Positions 23,771 through 36,414 are shown, counted from the whole stretch's first letter. The stretch: DNA of 62,751 nt, filler included, from Chiloscyllium plagiosum (GCF_004010195.1; 4 parts of 2 records of this genome joined end to end with filler, not necessarily neighbours in it); one strand, 5' to 3'. A program made the numbers and translations. Notes: a model not told the origin generated them from the letters alone.

Positions 23771-25399
23771 GCTCCAGAGGTGGTCATAAATCCAGCAACA
23801 GCTGAGGAAAGCTTGTTGAAAGGCTTGCCCTATTTCTCCAGAACTGCAGCCCAGCTTTGTAAAAGGTTGCAGGATTCTCACACCTCAAACAGTTTCCCAC
23901 CCTCCCTGCACATGCTGTCCCACATCCCCATGTCTTTCATACCCCCATGCCAATCCATGCTATCTCACAACCCATTCCACCTTAAAACCCCTCATACCTC
24001 CAGGGAACCACTTCATCCCCTATGCCACCTTAAATCTGCTGCCAAGCTCATGCCTGCTCAGATCCTATGATACCTGACCATGCCAAGCAAAAAATGTCCC
24101 AAAGGGAATTCCCACGAGTCTCAGATTGTGAGATTGCGGTTCCTGAGGGAGGTACCAGGGCTGGGTGCTAATGCAAAACTCCTGTCCCCGTACCGATGTG
24201 CTCAAATGAGAGTCACCACAAACGTGAGCTGCCTGAGGAGCATGGTTGCTGTAAGGGCCGGGCAGCACAGTTTTGAATCTTCAGGATTCTGGTGTCGGCT
24301 GTGAGCATTGGCTCAATGTCCAATGCACAGCTCCTACTGGCAACATCTAGCCCCACTCCTGCACCACTCAGCACGCCCTCACTGCTGGTTACCCCAGCAA
24401 CTGAGACTGGGGAAGCATTGCCATTGTCCGAGCTCCTTTTGGACAAGGTGTCAAACCCAATTCCCATCTGTCCTTGTCGAGGAAAATTAAAAGGGCCCAA
24501 GGCACAATTCTAAAGCCAGAGCTGGGGAGTTCACTTCAACGTCCTGACCTTGCTTCGGACAACGTGAGCAAATTTATCAGATCAATACGTCATAGCTGCT
24601 TCTGGTGTGCTGTGTTTCTGAAATCATGCCTGTGCCCACAGTTCAATTATGGCTGCGTTCATCATCAATATCACCATGGCAACCACCATGACGCACACTG
24701 GCAGTAGAGGTCATGTTGCAGGTGACTGACATCAGCATGGGCTGCCATCTATGACATCAGGAATGCATACTTCCTTCAGTTGGCACCTATGGGAGATGCC
24801 AAGGTTGTAACGTGCTATGTCAATGCAAGTCTTCATTTTAGTTTATTTAGATGAAGCCCAACACTTAATTTCAGGACAGCCTTGGGCCCACTCAGTTGGT
24901 TCACAGTATAACCACATAGCAAGATCACAAAGTGAGCACTCCCTGAATTCTGAGTGCTGCAGGTCTTTCTGTAGTTTTATCTGGTTTCTAACATTCTGTG
25001 TATGGACCTGCCACCATGAGATGGATGATACTGTATTTATTCTGTGTGCCCAAGAAATGAACTATGCCACATTTACTGTCTGTTGCCATTAGATCATTTA
25101 TTCCATATTTACAATTCACTTCTCCAAAAAATGAAATATCTGTCTTCATAATGTCAACAGCTAGACAACAAATTATTCTATTTTTACTGCCTGTCAAAGA
25201 TAACACATGACTCCATATTCACAGCCCACCACAGCCTCGACAATGAACAATTTCCTATTTGCAGCAGATCACTGTTAACTAACAATGAATTTTAAATGGA
25301 TTGAATGGCCTCACTCTGTTTCTATATCTTACAGTCTTACAGTAAATGCTGGAGAAACCCAGCAGGTCAGGCAGCATCTGTGGGGAGAGAACCACATAT

Positions 25400-25592
25400 G
25401 CAGCTTAGGTGGGTTGACCATGTTAAGCTGCCCATCATGTCCAGGGATATGTAGGTCATGTGGATTAGCCATGGGAAATGTAGAATTACAGGGATAGGGT
25501 AAGGGAGCAAGTCTGGGTAGGATGTTTTTCAGAGAGTCATTGTGGACTTGTTGGGCCGAATGGCCTGTTTCCACATGGTTGGGATTCTGTGG
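25400..25592 (+). mobile_element. HE1 SINE 3' half, preceded by a PLE fragment (25343-25395)
   Basis: gtggacttgttgggccgaatggcctgtttccaca tail. Confidence 0.8.
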
Positions 25593-26200
25593 ATTTCTGG
25601 CTGAGGGCCTTTGGCCAGAACTGAGAAGAAAAGGTTTTGAGAGGTGCAGCAGGTCTCAGGTCTCTAAAACTGCAGGGAAAAGTGAAGGACAGGTGAGGAA
25701 AATAGACAAACGGGAGATTCGGTGATTGGGTGGAAGGCAGGAGAATAAGGCCTGGATTCTTAGCTCCTACCGTGTACAGGGACAGAAATAGCAAGCACAG
25801 AATGTAACGGCATTGTTTATGCCCAACTCCATCGCACCCTCACAGACAGTTTCCCTGCATGGGGATGTGGTAAGAGCAATCTGGGTTCTGCCCATCACCT
25901 GTGGCTAGTCGACTGAGGCTGATAGGGATTTTCCATTTGGTCCACAGTCTCCTGGACGCACTGAGGGATAGTTCAGCCGCCTGGGATGTGGCCGTGGGCC
26001 GACCCTGATACCTTCCTGGGCATTGTACCACCATGTGTCGGAGAGGTTCACCCACTTCTCCCCCTCCCCCAGCCCCAATCACCACCATCACTTCAGTGAC
26101 ACCGAGGCTACCGTCTTTGTCTTGATGGTCAACAATGTTGAAGAGCTGGCACCTCCAATAGGCAGCACCCCTTACCTTCACTTACCTGCCATGATGTACT

Positions 26201-26377
26201 AGATTAGAGTGGTGCTGGAAAAGCACAGCAGGTCAGGCAGCATCCGAGGAGCAGGAAAATGGACGTTTCAGGCAAAAGCCCTTCACCAGGAATCTTCAGA
26301 TGCTGCCTGGCGTGCTGTGCTTTTCCAGCACCACTCTAATCTAGACTCTGATTGCCAGCATCTGTAGTCCTCACTTT
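26201..26377. mobile_element. Palindromic mini-PLE
   Basis: Inverted arms; 14-bp TSD tgccatgatgtact / tgccacggtgtact (26187-26200, 26378-26391); minus-strand hammerhead with mutated core (cuggugaa). Confidence 0.85.
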
Positions 26378-27104
26378 TGCCACGGTGTACTGCCATTTGT
26401 TTCAAGCCAGACGGCTTCAGATTGGCCAAAAAGCTCCAGTGCCTCTCCACCGTCCCAGGCCTGCCCTTGTGGCTGTGAATTGGCAAATCCAGCAAAAGCA
26501 CATTTAACCGTATGTTACGAATCGGAGTCAGATTTAGCAAGACCAGCCTGTGTTTGTGTTGGGAGGGGTTACTGAGGAATTACATTCCACTCAACATTTT
26601 GCCAAAAGTGCAAGCCAGATAAAGAGATCAAACTGAAGGAGGATAACGCAGAGCAGAACTCGATGGGCACAAACTGGCAGAACTTCAAGTACCATCAGTT
26701 GCACATAAAACAAAGGACTGAATACATCAGTAATGTCTGCAGCAGTGCACTGTGAAAATAATCTCCGCCTCTGTGAGCTGAGCATCACTGTCAAACTCCC
26801 ACACACTGCTGAGGGATAACAGCCCCACAGCAAATCTTGTTAATAAATCAGCTGGCATAAGCATAAATTACATGTGTGTATGTATGTGTGTGCACTTGGA
26901 GTCTGATTCTGTATTAATGTTTGATGGCTGCTATAACCACAAACTTGTTAATTGCCTCTGTCCATTTCTCTCAGAAAGAGTAGGCTTTTGTAAATTCTGG
27001 ATCATATGCAGATACTGAGGACAATTACAAAACTGGGCTTGATGTGTTGGGATTTTAGTACCAGCCTCTACATTGGACCTCCATATCCAGTTGTCTGCAA
27101 ACAG

Positions 27105-27487
27105 ACATCTGGGTCAGAAGGTTGTGAGCACTCAATTCTAGGCTGACACTCTGGTGCATTACTGAGGGAGTACTGAGCTGTCAGATGTGCCAGTTAATTG
27201 AGGCCTCTCTTGCCCCTTCAGATGGGCATCATAGATTCCTTGGCATTGCTTAAAAGAAATGTTATCCCTGGTGTCCTGACCAATACGTATCTGTCAACCA
27301 GAATCACAGATCAGTTAGCCAGTTTCACCTTGCTATCTGCTGGAGCATATCATGTGCAAAACTTGCTGCTTCATTTCTTACGCAGCAACAACTGCATTTC
27401 CAAGGAGGTAATTAATTAGCTGTAAAGGGCTTTGGCACATCCTGACTTCACAAAGGTGCTATAGAAATGAAAGCCTTACTTTCCTTT
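27105..27487 (+). mobile_element. DeuSINE (SacSINE1/AmnSINE1-like)
   Basis: tactgagggagtactg...ccctggtgtcctgaccaa core; L2-like tail ctgtaaagggctttgg...aaaggtgctatagaaatg. Confidence 0.7.
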
Positions 27488-28604
27488 TTGTGAAGTAAAA
27501 TTTTGTGTTTCTGTCCAGATAAAAAATTGGCATTTTGGATCAGTTGCCTGTTAGAGAAAACACACCACGTCCACAACAGGAATTGGTATTGACAGTGTCC
27601 ATTGTGGATGGCTAATCATTGATGTCAGTTTTATGTCCAGATGGAAAGATAAAAATCTCTCGCAATATCTCTGCAAAACCCTCATAAAAATGGACCTTGA
27701 TTATTGCACCAATGCTATAATTGCTTTTTTTTTTGCTTTAAAAAGTAGTACAAAATAGACATGGTAATTTCTCTTCAATTTAGTTTTTATTAGATTTTGT
27801 TTTAATTGGATTTTATTTTAATTAGATGGGTTTGGATGAAGAAACCCCTTTGGCAAGTTTTGATCTCTCCTTTCCAGATGATATGCACAATAATATGTAT
27901 AGCAAAGGTTAAGCAATCAGACATACACTATGCCTAACAGCTATGTGTATTCAGAATATGCCACTTAGTCTCTAGGACTCCAAGTCCGAGCTTGGAAATC
28001 AACCTCTCATTACTATCTGTGTCCCATTGAGCTATAAGTGTCTTCACTGTATTCAAAACCTGTCAATTAAAGGGGTCTGCTGATTGCCAGGGGAAAAGAA
28101 GCCTTATTGACATCCAGGAGAGAGAAGATTGATCCAATTGTTGGTGCTTCCTGGATGCTATGACTAAAACTGAGAGCATCTTTGGAAAGAGAAACGAAGG
28201 TGATATTTCAGATTGCTGAAATTTCATCAGGTTGCATGTTCATTTCAGCACCTCCCTCTACATCAGATCAGGACTGTGAGTGCAAACAACAGCGTACCTC
28301 TTCAACTGGTCAGATGGTAGAATTTTCGTTGAGACAGCATTAGGCTCACACGTCTGTTAGCTGGGCACCGCAGGACGTCTTGAACTACCAAGCTACCAGG
28401 CTTTCAATAGGAGGTGCACTGAGATGCCGCAGTTGTAAAGAAGAATTGCACATACACATGAAAGGATCACAGTCAGCTGCTAATTTGGCACCATGTTGCA
28501 GCTTGTGCCCTTTTCCATTCACGCAAATGTGTCGATTGGCATGCAGGGCTTCCTACCAGTGCTACTTAAAAGGATCATCAACTATTTACAAGGATCATCA
28601 ACTA

Positions 28605-29052
28605 GTTGCCAGGGTTGGAGGATTTGAGCTATAGGGAGAGGCTGAACAGGCTGGGGCTGTTTTCCCTGGAGCATCGGAGGCTGAAGGGTGACCTTATAGA
28701 GATTTACAAAATTATGAGGGGCATGGATAGCATAAATAGGCAAAGTCTTTTTCCTGGGGTTGGGGAGTCCAGAACTATAGGGCATAGGTTTAGGGTGAGA
28801 GGGGAAAGATATAAAGGAGACCTAAGGGCAACTTTTTCACACAGAGGGTTGGACGTGTATGGAATGAGCTGCCAGAGGAAGTGGTGGAAGCTGGTACAAT
28901 TGCAACATTTAAGAGGCATTTGGAGGTTTTGGAGGGATATGGGCTGGGTGCTGGCAGGTGGGACTAGATTGGGTTGGGATATCTGGTTGGCATGGACTGG
29001 TTGGACTGAAGGGTCTGTTTCCATGCTGTACATCTCTATGACTCTGTGACTC
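28605..29052 (+). mobile_element. HER1/CR1 LINE 3' end
   Basis: LPGLEDLSYRERLNRLGLFSLEHRRLKGDLIEIYKI; ctctatgactct tail. Confidence 0.95.
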
Positions 29053-29519
29053 TACTTGTAGATTGGCTGATGAATTATTTCTTCTGGCTGTTGTTGCAAT
29101 TTTACCTGCTTTGGCTGCTTTTCCATGTGTATTTGCAGTCTCAGTGGTCTTCAGGGAATACTCTGGTTGGGTCAGAAATACATTTTTAGTAATATAAATG
29201 TTTGTGCACAAACAAGATGCTTCCAAAAACTGCTGCTTCCCAGGTGGCATTGAGCTTTGTTGGAAGAACAATAGAGGCCATTCAGAGCAGGATAAGCAGC
29301 TAGAAAAAGGAAGAGGTGGAGGTGGAAGGGGAGAAGAGGTTTCAACAATGCACTTTTCCAAAATGTGCAGCACTGCCCCCTCTATAGGTCTAAAGAATGT
29401 AGGCAAACCTTCGCTGACTCATGCCTCTTTCTCCTACTAGATAGAAGGCGGTGTGCCAGTGAAAGTTTTGTGATGGCTTTCAATGATCATGGTGGACAAA
29501 CTGTTAGTCTGTATAAGTA

Positions 29520-29951
29520 TGCAGGTCTTTGGACTCCTCCATCGTCAGACCACAGCGAAACGACGGTTGGAGGAAGAACGCCTCATCTTCCGGCTAGGAA
29601 CCCTCCAACCACAAGGGTTGAACTCGGATTTCACCAGTTTCCTCATTTCCCCTCCCCCCAGCCTGTCTCAGTCAAATCCATCAAATTCAGCACCGCCTTC
29701 CTAACCTGCAATCTTCTTCCCGACCTCTCCGCCCCCACCCTAGTCTGACCTATCACCCTCACCTTGACCTCTTTCCACCTATCACATTTCCGACGCCCCT
29801 CCCCCAAGTCCCTCCTCCCTATCTTTTATCTTAGCCTGCTGGACCAACTTTCCTCATTCCTGAAGAAGGGCTAATGCCCGAAACGTCGATTCTCCTGTTC
29901 CCTAGATGCTGCCTGACCTGCTGCGCTTTTCCAGCAACACATTTCCATCCC
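29520..29951 (+). mobile_element. PLE 3' end (endonuclease C-terminus plus pLTR)
   Basis: RRLEEERLIFRLGTLQPQGLNSDF; 14-bp TSD agtctgtataagta (29506-29519, 29952-29965). Confidence 0.92.
29860..29887 (+). ncRNA. Minimal hammerhead ribozyme
   Basis: CUGAAGA-A-GGGC(UAAU)GCCC-GAAA-CGUC. Confidence 0.8.
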
Positions 29952-30854
29952 AGTCTGTATAAGTAGTCAGATGTGGACGTGACACTGGACTCTGTTCTCT
30001 CTTTGAGGGTGTGATAAACTGTGTCTAATGTAATTTATGAGCCCTTGATTGGTGTTGTGAGTGGGTGGGTTGAGGTGTTGGTGGGTAAATTATGTTTAAT
30101 TAGGCAGTGGATGAAGTTAGGTATGGCACTACTTACTTTGGCAAGCCCTGAGAGATCATTAAATTTCTTCCTGCATTGCAGCAGATTCTTCGAGCCATAC
30201 TCCAGCAGCAACATCTGCCACTATCACTCGCCACTGTTTTCCAAGCAAGTGTCTGGAGACCTTCCTTCCACGTTGAGGATACAAGACATCTTTATTTCCA
30301 TCACTTCCATAAAAGCACCTAGTCCTGCATCCGAAAAACCTTGATGCATACACTTTACCATTGTCAGTTATTTATGAATCTTCCACAGCAAGGAACTGGG
30401 ATTACAGAATTGTTCCATTGCAGAGTTAATGTTTCAAGTCCAGTGTGCCTCTTGTTCAGAACTAAAGGTCTCAGAGCCCTTCTTATTCTAGACATCTTCT
30501 CGTGTACCACTTTGAAATCACGTGAGGTGACTTTGTCCAGTTAAATCTGACCTCTATGTAATCCCAGTCCTACAACGCTGCATGGCTAATCCTGAACTGC
30601 CCTCTGAAGCAGCCTAATACGACCATTCCAGAAGAAGAGCCATTAAAACAACTCGGAGAATAAAGCCCACATTCTGAAAATGCATTTTGAGTCAACATCC
30701 CCTTTAGACCACAGTGAATCACGAACACCTCATCGATCTCTCGCACAGTTTCCTATGGCATGTGCATTCACTGCTGTATCTTTTGCCAGTTATCATGCAA
30801 CGCAGCGTTAGTAGTGCCATGGACAGCATGAAATGTATGTATATGTATGTAAAA

Positions 30855-31070
30855 AAAAAGCACTTTTTGTGACATCCTGAAGCACGTTACATCCAATGAA
30901 GTATTTTACCAAGTATAATCTGTGTTGTAATGTAGGAAGTGCAAAAGTCAACTTGTAAGTCCCACAAACAGCAATGTGATGACATGTGGATAATGTTTTT
31001 TTATGTCATTGAATGAGTGATAAACATTGGCCAAGGCACCAGTGTCAATTCCCCCGTGCTCTTTTGTAGT
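30855..31070 (-). mobile_element. DeuSINE 3' fragment
   Basis: Reverse complement of the AmnSINE1/SacSINE1-type tail (ccaatgaagta...gttgtaatgtaggaa...cccacaaacagcaatg). Confidence 0.65.
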
Positions 31071-31151
31071 GTAGGTTTCTTGGTAGTGTAGATGTCCAGG
31101 TACACAGATCCTTGAAAGTTGCCACCCAGGTTGACAGGGTTGTTAAGAAGG

Positions 31152-31478
31152 TAAAAACAATGACTGCAGATGCTGGAAACCAGAGTCTAGATTAGAGTGG
31201 TACTGGAAAAGCACAGCACTTCAGGCAGCATCCGAGGAGCAGTAAAATCGACGTTTCGGGCAAAAGCCCTTCATCAGGAATACAGGCAGAGAGCCTGAAG
31301 GGTGGAGAGACAAGTAAGAGGAGGGTGGGGATGGGGAGAAAGTAGTATAGAGTACAATAAGTATGTGGGGGAGGGGATGAAGGTGATAGGTCAGGGAGGA
31401 GAGGGTGGAGTGGATAGGTGGAAAAGAAGATAGGCCGGTAGGACAAGTCATGGGGACAGTGCTGAGCTGGAAGTTTGG
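31152..31478 (-). mobile_element. PLE 3' end truncated by a gap, inserted after a short CR1 fragment (31080-31151)
   Basis: Same family tail as 26201-26377 and 43994-44087. Confidence 0.88.
31250..31277 (-). ncRNA. Minimal hammerhead ribozyme (canonical CUGAUGA)
   Basis: Minus strand CUGAUGA-A-GGGC(UUUU)GCCC-GAAA-CGUC. Confidence 0.82.
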
Positions 31479-31578
31479 NNNNNNNNNNNNNNNNNNNNNN
31501 NNNNNNNNNNNNNNNNNNNNNNTTAATTAATTAANNNNNNNNNNNNNNNNNNNNNNNNNNNNNNNNNNNNNNNNNNNN
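31479..31578. other. Artificial scaffold spacer N44-TTAATTAATTAA-N44
   Basis: Exactly 100 bp; identical spacers at 58273-58372 and 61134-61233. Confidence 0.97.
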
Positions 31579-31690
31579 CCCACCACTGCCAGGAACACAC
31601 TCTCCCCTCCCTCCCCCACCGCCAACAGGAACGCACTCTCCCCTCACTCCCCCACTGCCAGGAACACACACTCTCGTCCCTGTCCCCCCA
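31579..31690. repeat. C-rich ~35-bp tandem repeat (about 3 copies) at a gap edge
   Basis: cca(c/t)tgccaggaacacactctcccctccctccc-like units. Confidence 0.7.
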
Positions 31691-32299
31691 ACACCAAACT
31701 GGGACATAATCACATGGGCCTCGATTGTTTCTTGATCAACAGAATACATATTATTATACAGAACAATTATAACAAAACCAAGCTGTCTAGATCTAAAAGA
31801 TGATTTTGAAATCAAATCTTTTTTTTAAAAGGCAGCAACAAAACAAAGTTTCAATCTGTTTCCAAGCACTTTCACTTTAGAGCAATTCAAATCCAGTCAA
31901 ATTATACTTAGTGATTAAACTGGATATGACTGATGTTTCCTCGTTTTTTTTCCTTTGAACTGTAAAGTCCCCTTACATGAATATTCACAAAACTGAGAGG
32001 TGAGACTTTCTCAACTTCGAATACTTTGCTAATTTGTGCTCAAACACCTTTTGCAGGTAAACGTTATAGCATATGTTAACCTTTTCTACTGAGGCAACCT
32101 ATTCCTGGAATTGCCTTGGAAAGGCTCATTTCAAGGAGAGTGACTGTTTTCTTTTTAAACTCCAGTTAGGTCTCCTCAGAACAATCTTGGAAACTTTCAT
32201 TCTCTGCGTTTTCCAAATCAAAACTCAACTGTTAATTGTACTGAACTGAAAATACGCTAATGACATTTTGTCCTCTTGTAAAACACCTCCTTTTGAACA

Positions 32300-34275
32300 A
32301 AGTTAAAAATCAAACAACACCAGGTTACAGTCCAACAGGTTATTTGGAAACTTTCAGAGCGCTGCTCCTTCACCAGGTGGTAGTGGAGTATAAGATCATA
32401 AGACACAGAATTTATCACAAAAGTTTACAGTGTGATGTAACTGGAATTATATATTGAAAAAGACCTGGATTGTTTGTTAAGATTCTTATCTTTTAGAATG
32501 AACATGTTGTTTTCAGTTTTTTCATATGTAAGTCGCAGAACTATTTTAAGTTGCATTCTCAAGTGAACTTTAACAATTGGTGTCACATCGCCCCAGATAA
32601 TGCATTGGAGGTGTGAGGTGCCCTGTGTGAGACAGTCTGTGCCAGAATGGTCAGACTGATTCTAATCTAAAAAAACGGATTGACAGAATCTTATATGGAT
32701 TCAAGCAGTTTTTGAGCAAAATAAAATGTATTTCTGCAAGTACAAATTCACCCCACACACGTGTGTGTGTGTGTGTGTGTTGGGGGTTATGAGTGTCTGC
32801 GAGAGAGTGTGTGTAATTGTGTGAGTGTGAGTGTAAAGGGGTATAAGTCTGTGAGAGGGTGCGGGTGTGAATGTGGGAGCGTATCTGTGAACATGTGAGA
32901 GAGGGTCTGCGTGAGTGTATGGGTCTGTACGAGTGTTTGTGTGTCTGCAGGAGTGTGTGTAGGAGTGTCTGCTTGTGTCAGAGTGTCTGTGTGTCTGTTT
33001 CTGTCTATATGTGTGTGTGTTTCTGTGTCTGTGTGTATATAGTGCAATTGGGTCACCTGTAGTGTGACATGAATCCAAGGTCCCGATTGAGGCCATCCCC
33101 ATGGGCACTGAACTTTGCTATCACTCTCTGCCAGGCCAATTTTCGTTGTTGCCTGTCCTGAGTCCGCTTGGAGGATGGTCACCAGAAGGTCTGAGGTCGA
33201 ATGTCCTGGACCGTTGAAGTTTTCCCCAACTGGGAGGGAACACTCCTGTCTGTTGATTGTTGCGCAGCATTCATTCATCCGTTGCTGTAGCCTCTGCTTG
33301 GTTTTTCCAATGTACCATGCCTCAGGGCATCCTTACCTGCAGCGTATGAGATAGACAACATTGGCTCAGTCACATGAGTACCTGCCACGTACATGGTGGG
33401 AGATGTCCCCACGCATAATGGTGGTATCTATGTCCACACTCATTGTTGCGCAGCATTCATTCATCCATTGCTGTAGCCTCTGCTTGGTTTTTCCAATGTA
33501 CCATGCCTCAGGGCATCCTTGCCTGCAGCGTATGAGATAGACAACATTGGCTCAGTCACATGAGTACCTGCCACGTACATGGTGGGAGATGTCCCCACGC
33601 ATAATGGTGGTATCTATGTCCACACTCTGACATGTCTTGCAGCCTCCACCATGACAAGTTTGTATGGTATTGTCCAGAAAGCCAGGCAGTTTGCTATGAA
33701 CAATGATCTGTTTGGGGTTTGGTGGTTGTTTAAAAGTGAGCAGTGGAGGTGTGGGGAAGGTCTTGGCAAGGTGCTCATCCTCATTGATAATGTGTTACAG
33801 GCTGCAAAAAACATGGGGTAGTTTTTCAGCTCCTGGGAATTACTGGACAACGAAGGGTACCCTGTCGGTTGCAGCACGTGTCTGTCTCCTGTGGAGGTCA
33901 TTACAGTTCCTTGCTGTGGCACATCAGAACTGGGGTCAATGAGTTGAGCATCATACCCCGTTCTTATGAGGGGCATCCTTGAGTACTTTGAGGTGCCTGT
34001 CACGTTCCTCCTCATCTGAACAGATCCGGTGTACGTGTAGGGCTTGTCCATAGGGGATGGCTGTTTTAATGTGGTTTGGGAGGAAGCTGGAGAAGTGTAC
34101 CGTCATGAGGTTATCTGTGGGTTTGCAGTAGAGTGAGGTGCCCATCCTTGATAGAGATGCATGTGTCCAAGAATGAGACAGTTAGTAGAGAGTAGTCCAT
34201 GGTGAGTTTGATGGTGGGATGAAACTCGTTGATATCACTGTGTCGTTGTTTCAGTAACCCCTCGCCATATGACTC
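32300..34275 (-). mobile_element. Neptune-type PLE, 5'-truncated (RT thumb, Cys-rich linker, GIY-YIG, CA-rich 3' UTR, pLTR)
   Basis: TSLYCKPTD...IPYGQALHVHRICS; CHGGGCKTC; NVVYLIRCRQGCPEAWYIGKT; degenerate hammerhead at ~32350-32377. Confidence 0.9.
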
Positions 34276-34556
34276 AACCTTCTATTAACATTGCAGAGGT
34301 TCTATGCTTTTTGTCATACCCCGGATTAAGTCAATGTTTCAGAAGGACTATCTGATTTGTGTTATACTTAAAAACTCTTCACAGACATTTTTTGTTCATA
34401 AAACACACCTTATGTCACTAATTTAAAATTTCAAATCTGATCATATACTTTTCATCACAGCAGACACAATCCTGTAGATGATGTATTTGTCTTGAGTATT
34501 ATTCTGCTCTTCTGAACAAGTAGTGAGGGAATCCTGCCTGAAGCTGGGGTCCTTTA

Positions 34557-35665
34557 AATTTTGATTTGATTTGTTATTGTCACACATGTACTGAGATACA
34601 GTGAAAAGCATTATTTGGATTGCTAACCAGACAGATCATACCTTACATAAATACATCAGGGTAATGGAACAGAACATATTGTTGCAGCTACAGAGAAGGT
34701 GCAGAGAAAGATCCAATCTAATATATGAGAGGTCTGTTCACAAATCTGATAACAGCAGGGAAAAAGCTGTTCTTAAATCTGTTGGTACATATTTTCAAAT
34801 TATTATATTTTATGCCCAATGGAAGAGGTTGGAAGAGTGTTGTAACCAAGATAGGAGGGGACTTTAATTATGTTGGCTGCTTTCCCTAGATTGCAGGAAG
34901 TGTAGACGGTGTCAGTGGATGGAAGACTGGTTTTCATGATGGACTGGGCTATGTTCACAACTCTTTGTAATTTCTTGCAGTCTGAGCAGCGCTGTGGCCA
35001 TATCAAGTTCTGATGCATCTGGATAGAATGCTTTCCATGGTGAATTTATAAAAATTGGTCAGAGTCATTGTGGACATGCTGAATTTCCTTAGCCTCCTGA
35101 GGAACTAGAGGACATTGATGTGCTTTCTTGACTGGAATGTCAACATTGATGTCCCAGGATAGATCGCTGGTGATATTTACTCCCAGGAACTTGAAGCTCT
35201 CAAATATTGATACAGACAGGGGCGTGTCCTCCACTCTATTTCCTGAAGTCAATGACCAGTTCCTTCATTTTGCTGACATTGAGGGAGAGATTGTTGTCCT
35301 CACATAATACCACTAAGCTGTCTGTGTCTTTCCTGTATTCCATCTCGTCATTATTTGAGATCCAGCCCTTTACTATGATGTCATCAAAAATTTTGTGGAT
35401 GGAGTTAGAGTTGAATTTGGCCAAATAATTATGAATGTTTAAGGAAAATAGTCGGGGGACTGAGCACTCAGCGTTGTCGGGCACTGGTGTTGAGGATTAT
35501 TGTGGAGGAGGTATTGTTACCCATCTTTACTGATTCTGGTCCATAGGTCAGGAAGTCAAGAATCCAGTTTCAGAGGAGGAAACCGAGTCCTTGGTCTCAG
35601 AGTTTGTTTGAAAATATGATGTTGAAGGTGGAATTGAAGTCATTAAAAAACAGTCTGAATAAGTA
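34557..35665 (-). mobile_element. Rex1/Babar-type LINE
   Basis: GWISNNDEMEYRKD...NNLSLNVSKMKELVIDFRK; FKFLGVNITSDLSW; homologous to 825-1885. Confidence 0.88.
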
Positions 35666-36140
35666 ATAAATAAATGAATACATTTGCAGATTGAAGCCTG
35701 CTGATATCACCGGGTCCTGACCACTGTTATGATTAGAGAATTGCTGAAAAATGGACACTTTGTGGAAGACCTTTGGCATGTACTCATTGGGACATTTGTG
35801 AGAATACCAACATAAAGGGAAACAATATTTTATATTTTATGAGAAGGAAGTGCTGATTGGTTGGCAAGTGTTGTGAATGTTGATTACCATGCACCAGTAG
35901 ATGATGACTGGGAGTTGACTGCCATACAGTTTGGCTCTGATTTGTCAAGGCATTGCCCTGAGGATTGAATGACAGAATGGCTATCAATTATTGTGTTAAA
36001 CAGGAGATAGGTGTATAAAACAGGGCCCTGTCCGTTAGTGTATGTAATTTCTAGAATATGCAAGTGCACTACACTGTGAGGCCAACTGACAATCTTGAAC
36101 TGGTTGGCAGCATAAATCTTAGCATATTTAGGATTATTTA

Positions 36141-36243
36141 TGATTTGGAGAATTATCACCTGATGAAGGAGCATCGCTCCGAAAGCTAGTGTGCTTCCAA
36201 TTAAACCTGTTGGACCATAACCTGGTGTTGTGTGATTTTTAAC
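36141..36243 (+). mobile_element. Mini PLE insertion (~100 bp)
   Basis: 12-bp TSD taggattattta (36129-36140, 36244-36255); same pLTR family as 32300. Confidence 0.85.
36157..36191 (+). ncRNA. Minimal hammerhead ribozyme, intact
   Basis: CAC-CUGAUGA-A-GGAGC(AUC)GCUCC-GAAA-GCUA-GUG: stem I CAC/GUG, palindromic AGCU stem III, CUA cleavage triplet. Confidence 0.85.
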
Positions 36244-36414
36244 TAGGATTATTTAGGCTTTGTGCACTGACCATATCAAACTTGCCCATGTTTGCAAAAC
36301 TTAAAACACAGTATCCAACATCACATGTAATTCCACTACTGGACAACATTTGCTGTTGATCCAGGGGTTTAACGGATCTGATTGTATGCAGTTTTGATCT
36401 TCTACTCTAGGGAA

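Noticed and set aside
32701..33278. H/T-rich ORFs
   Set aside because: Translation of the CA-rich 3' UTR of the Neptune-type PLE
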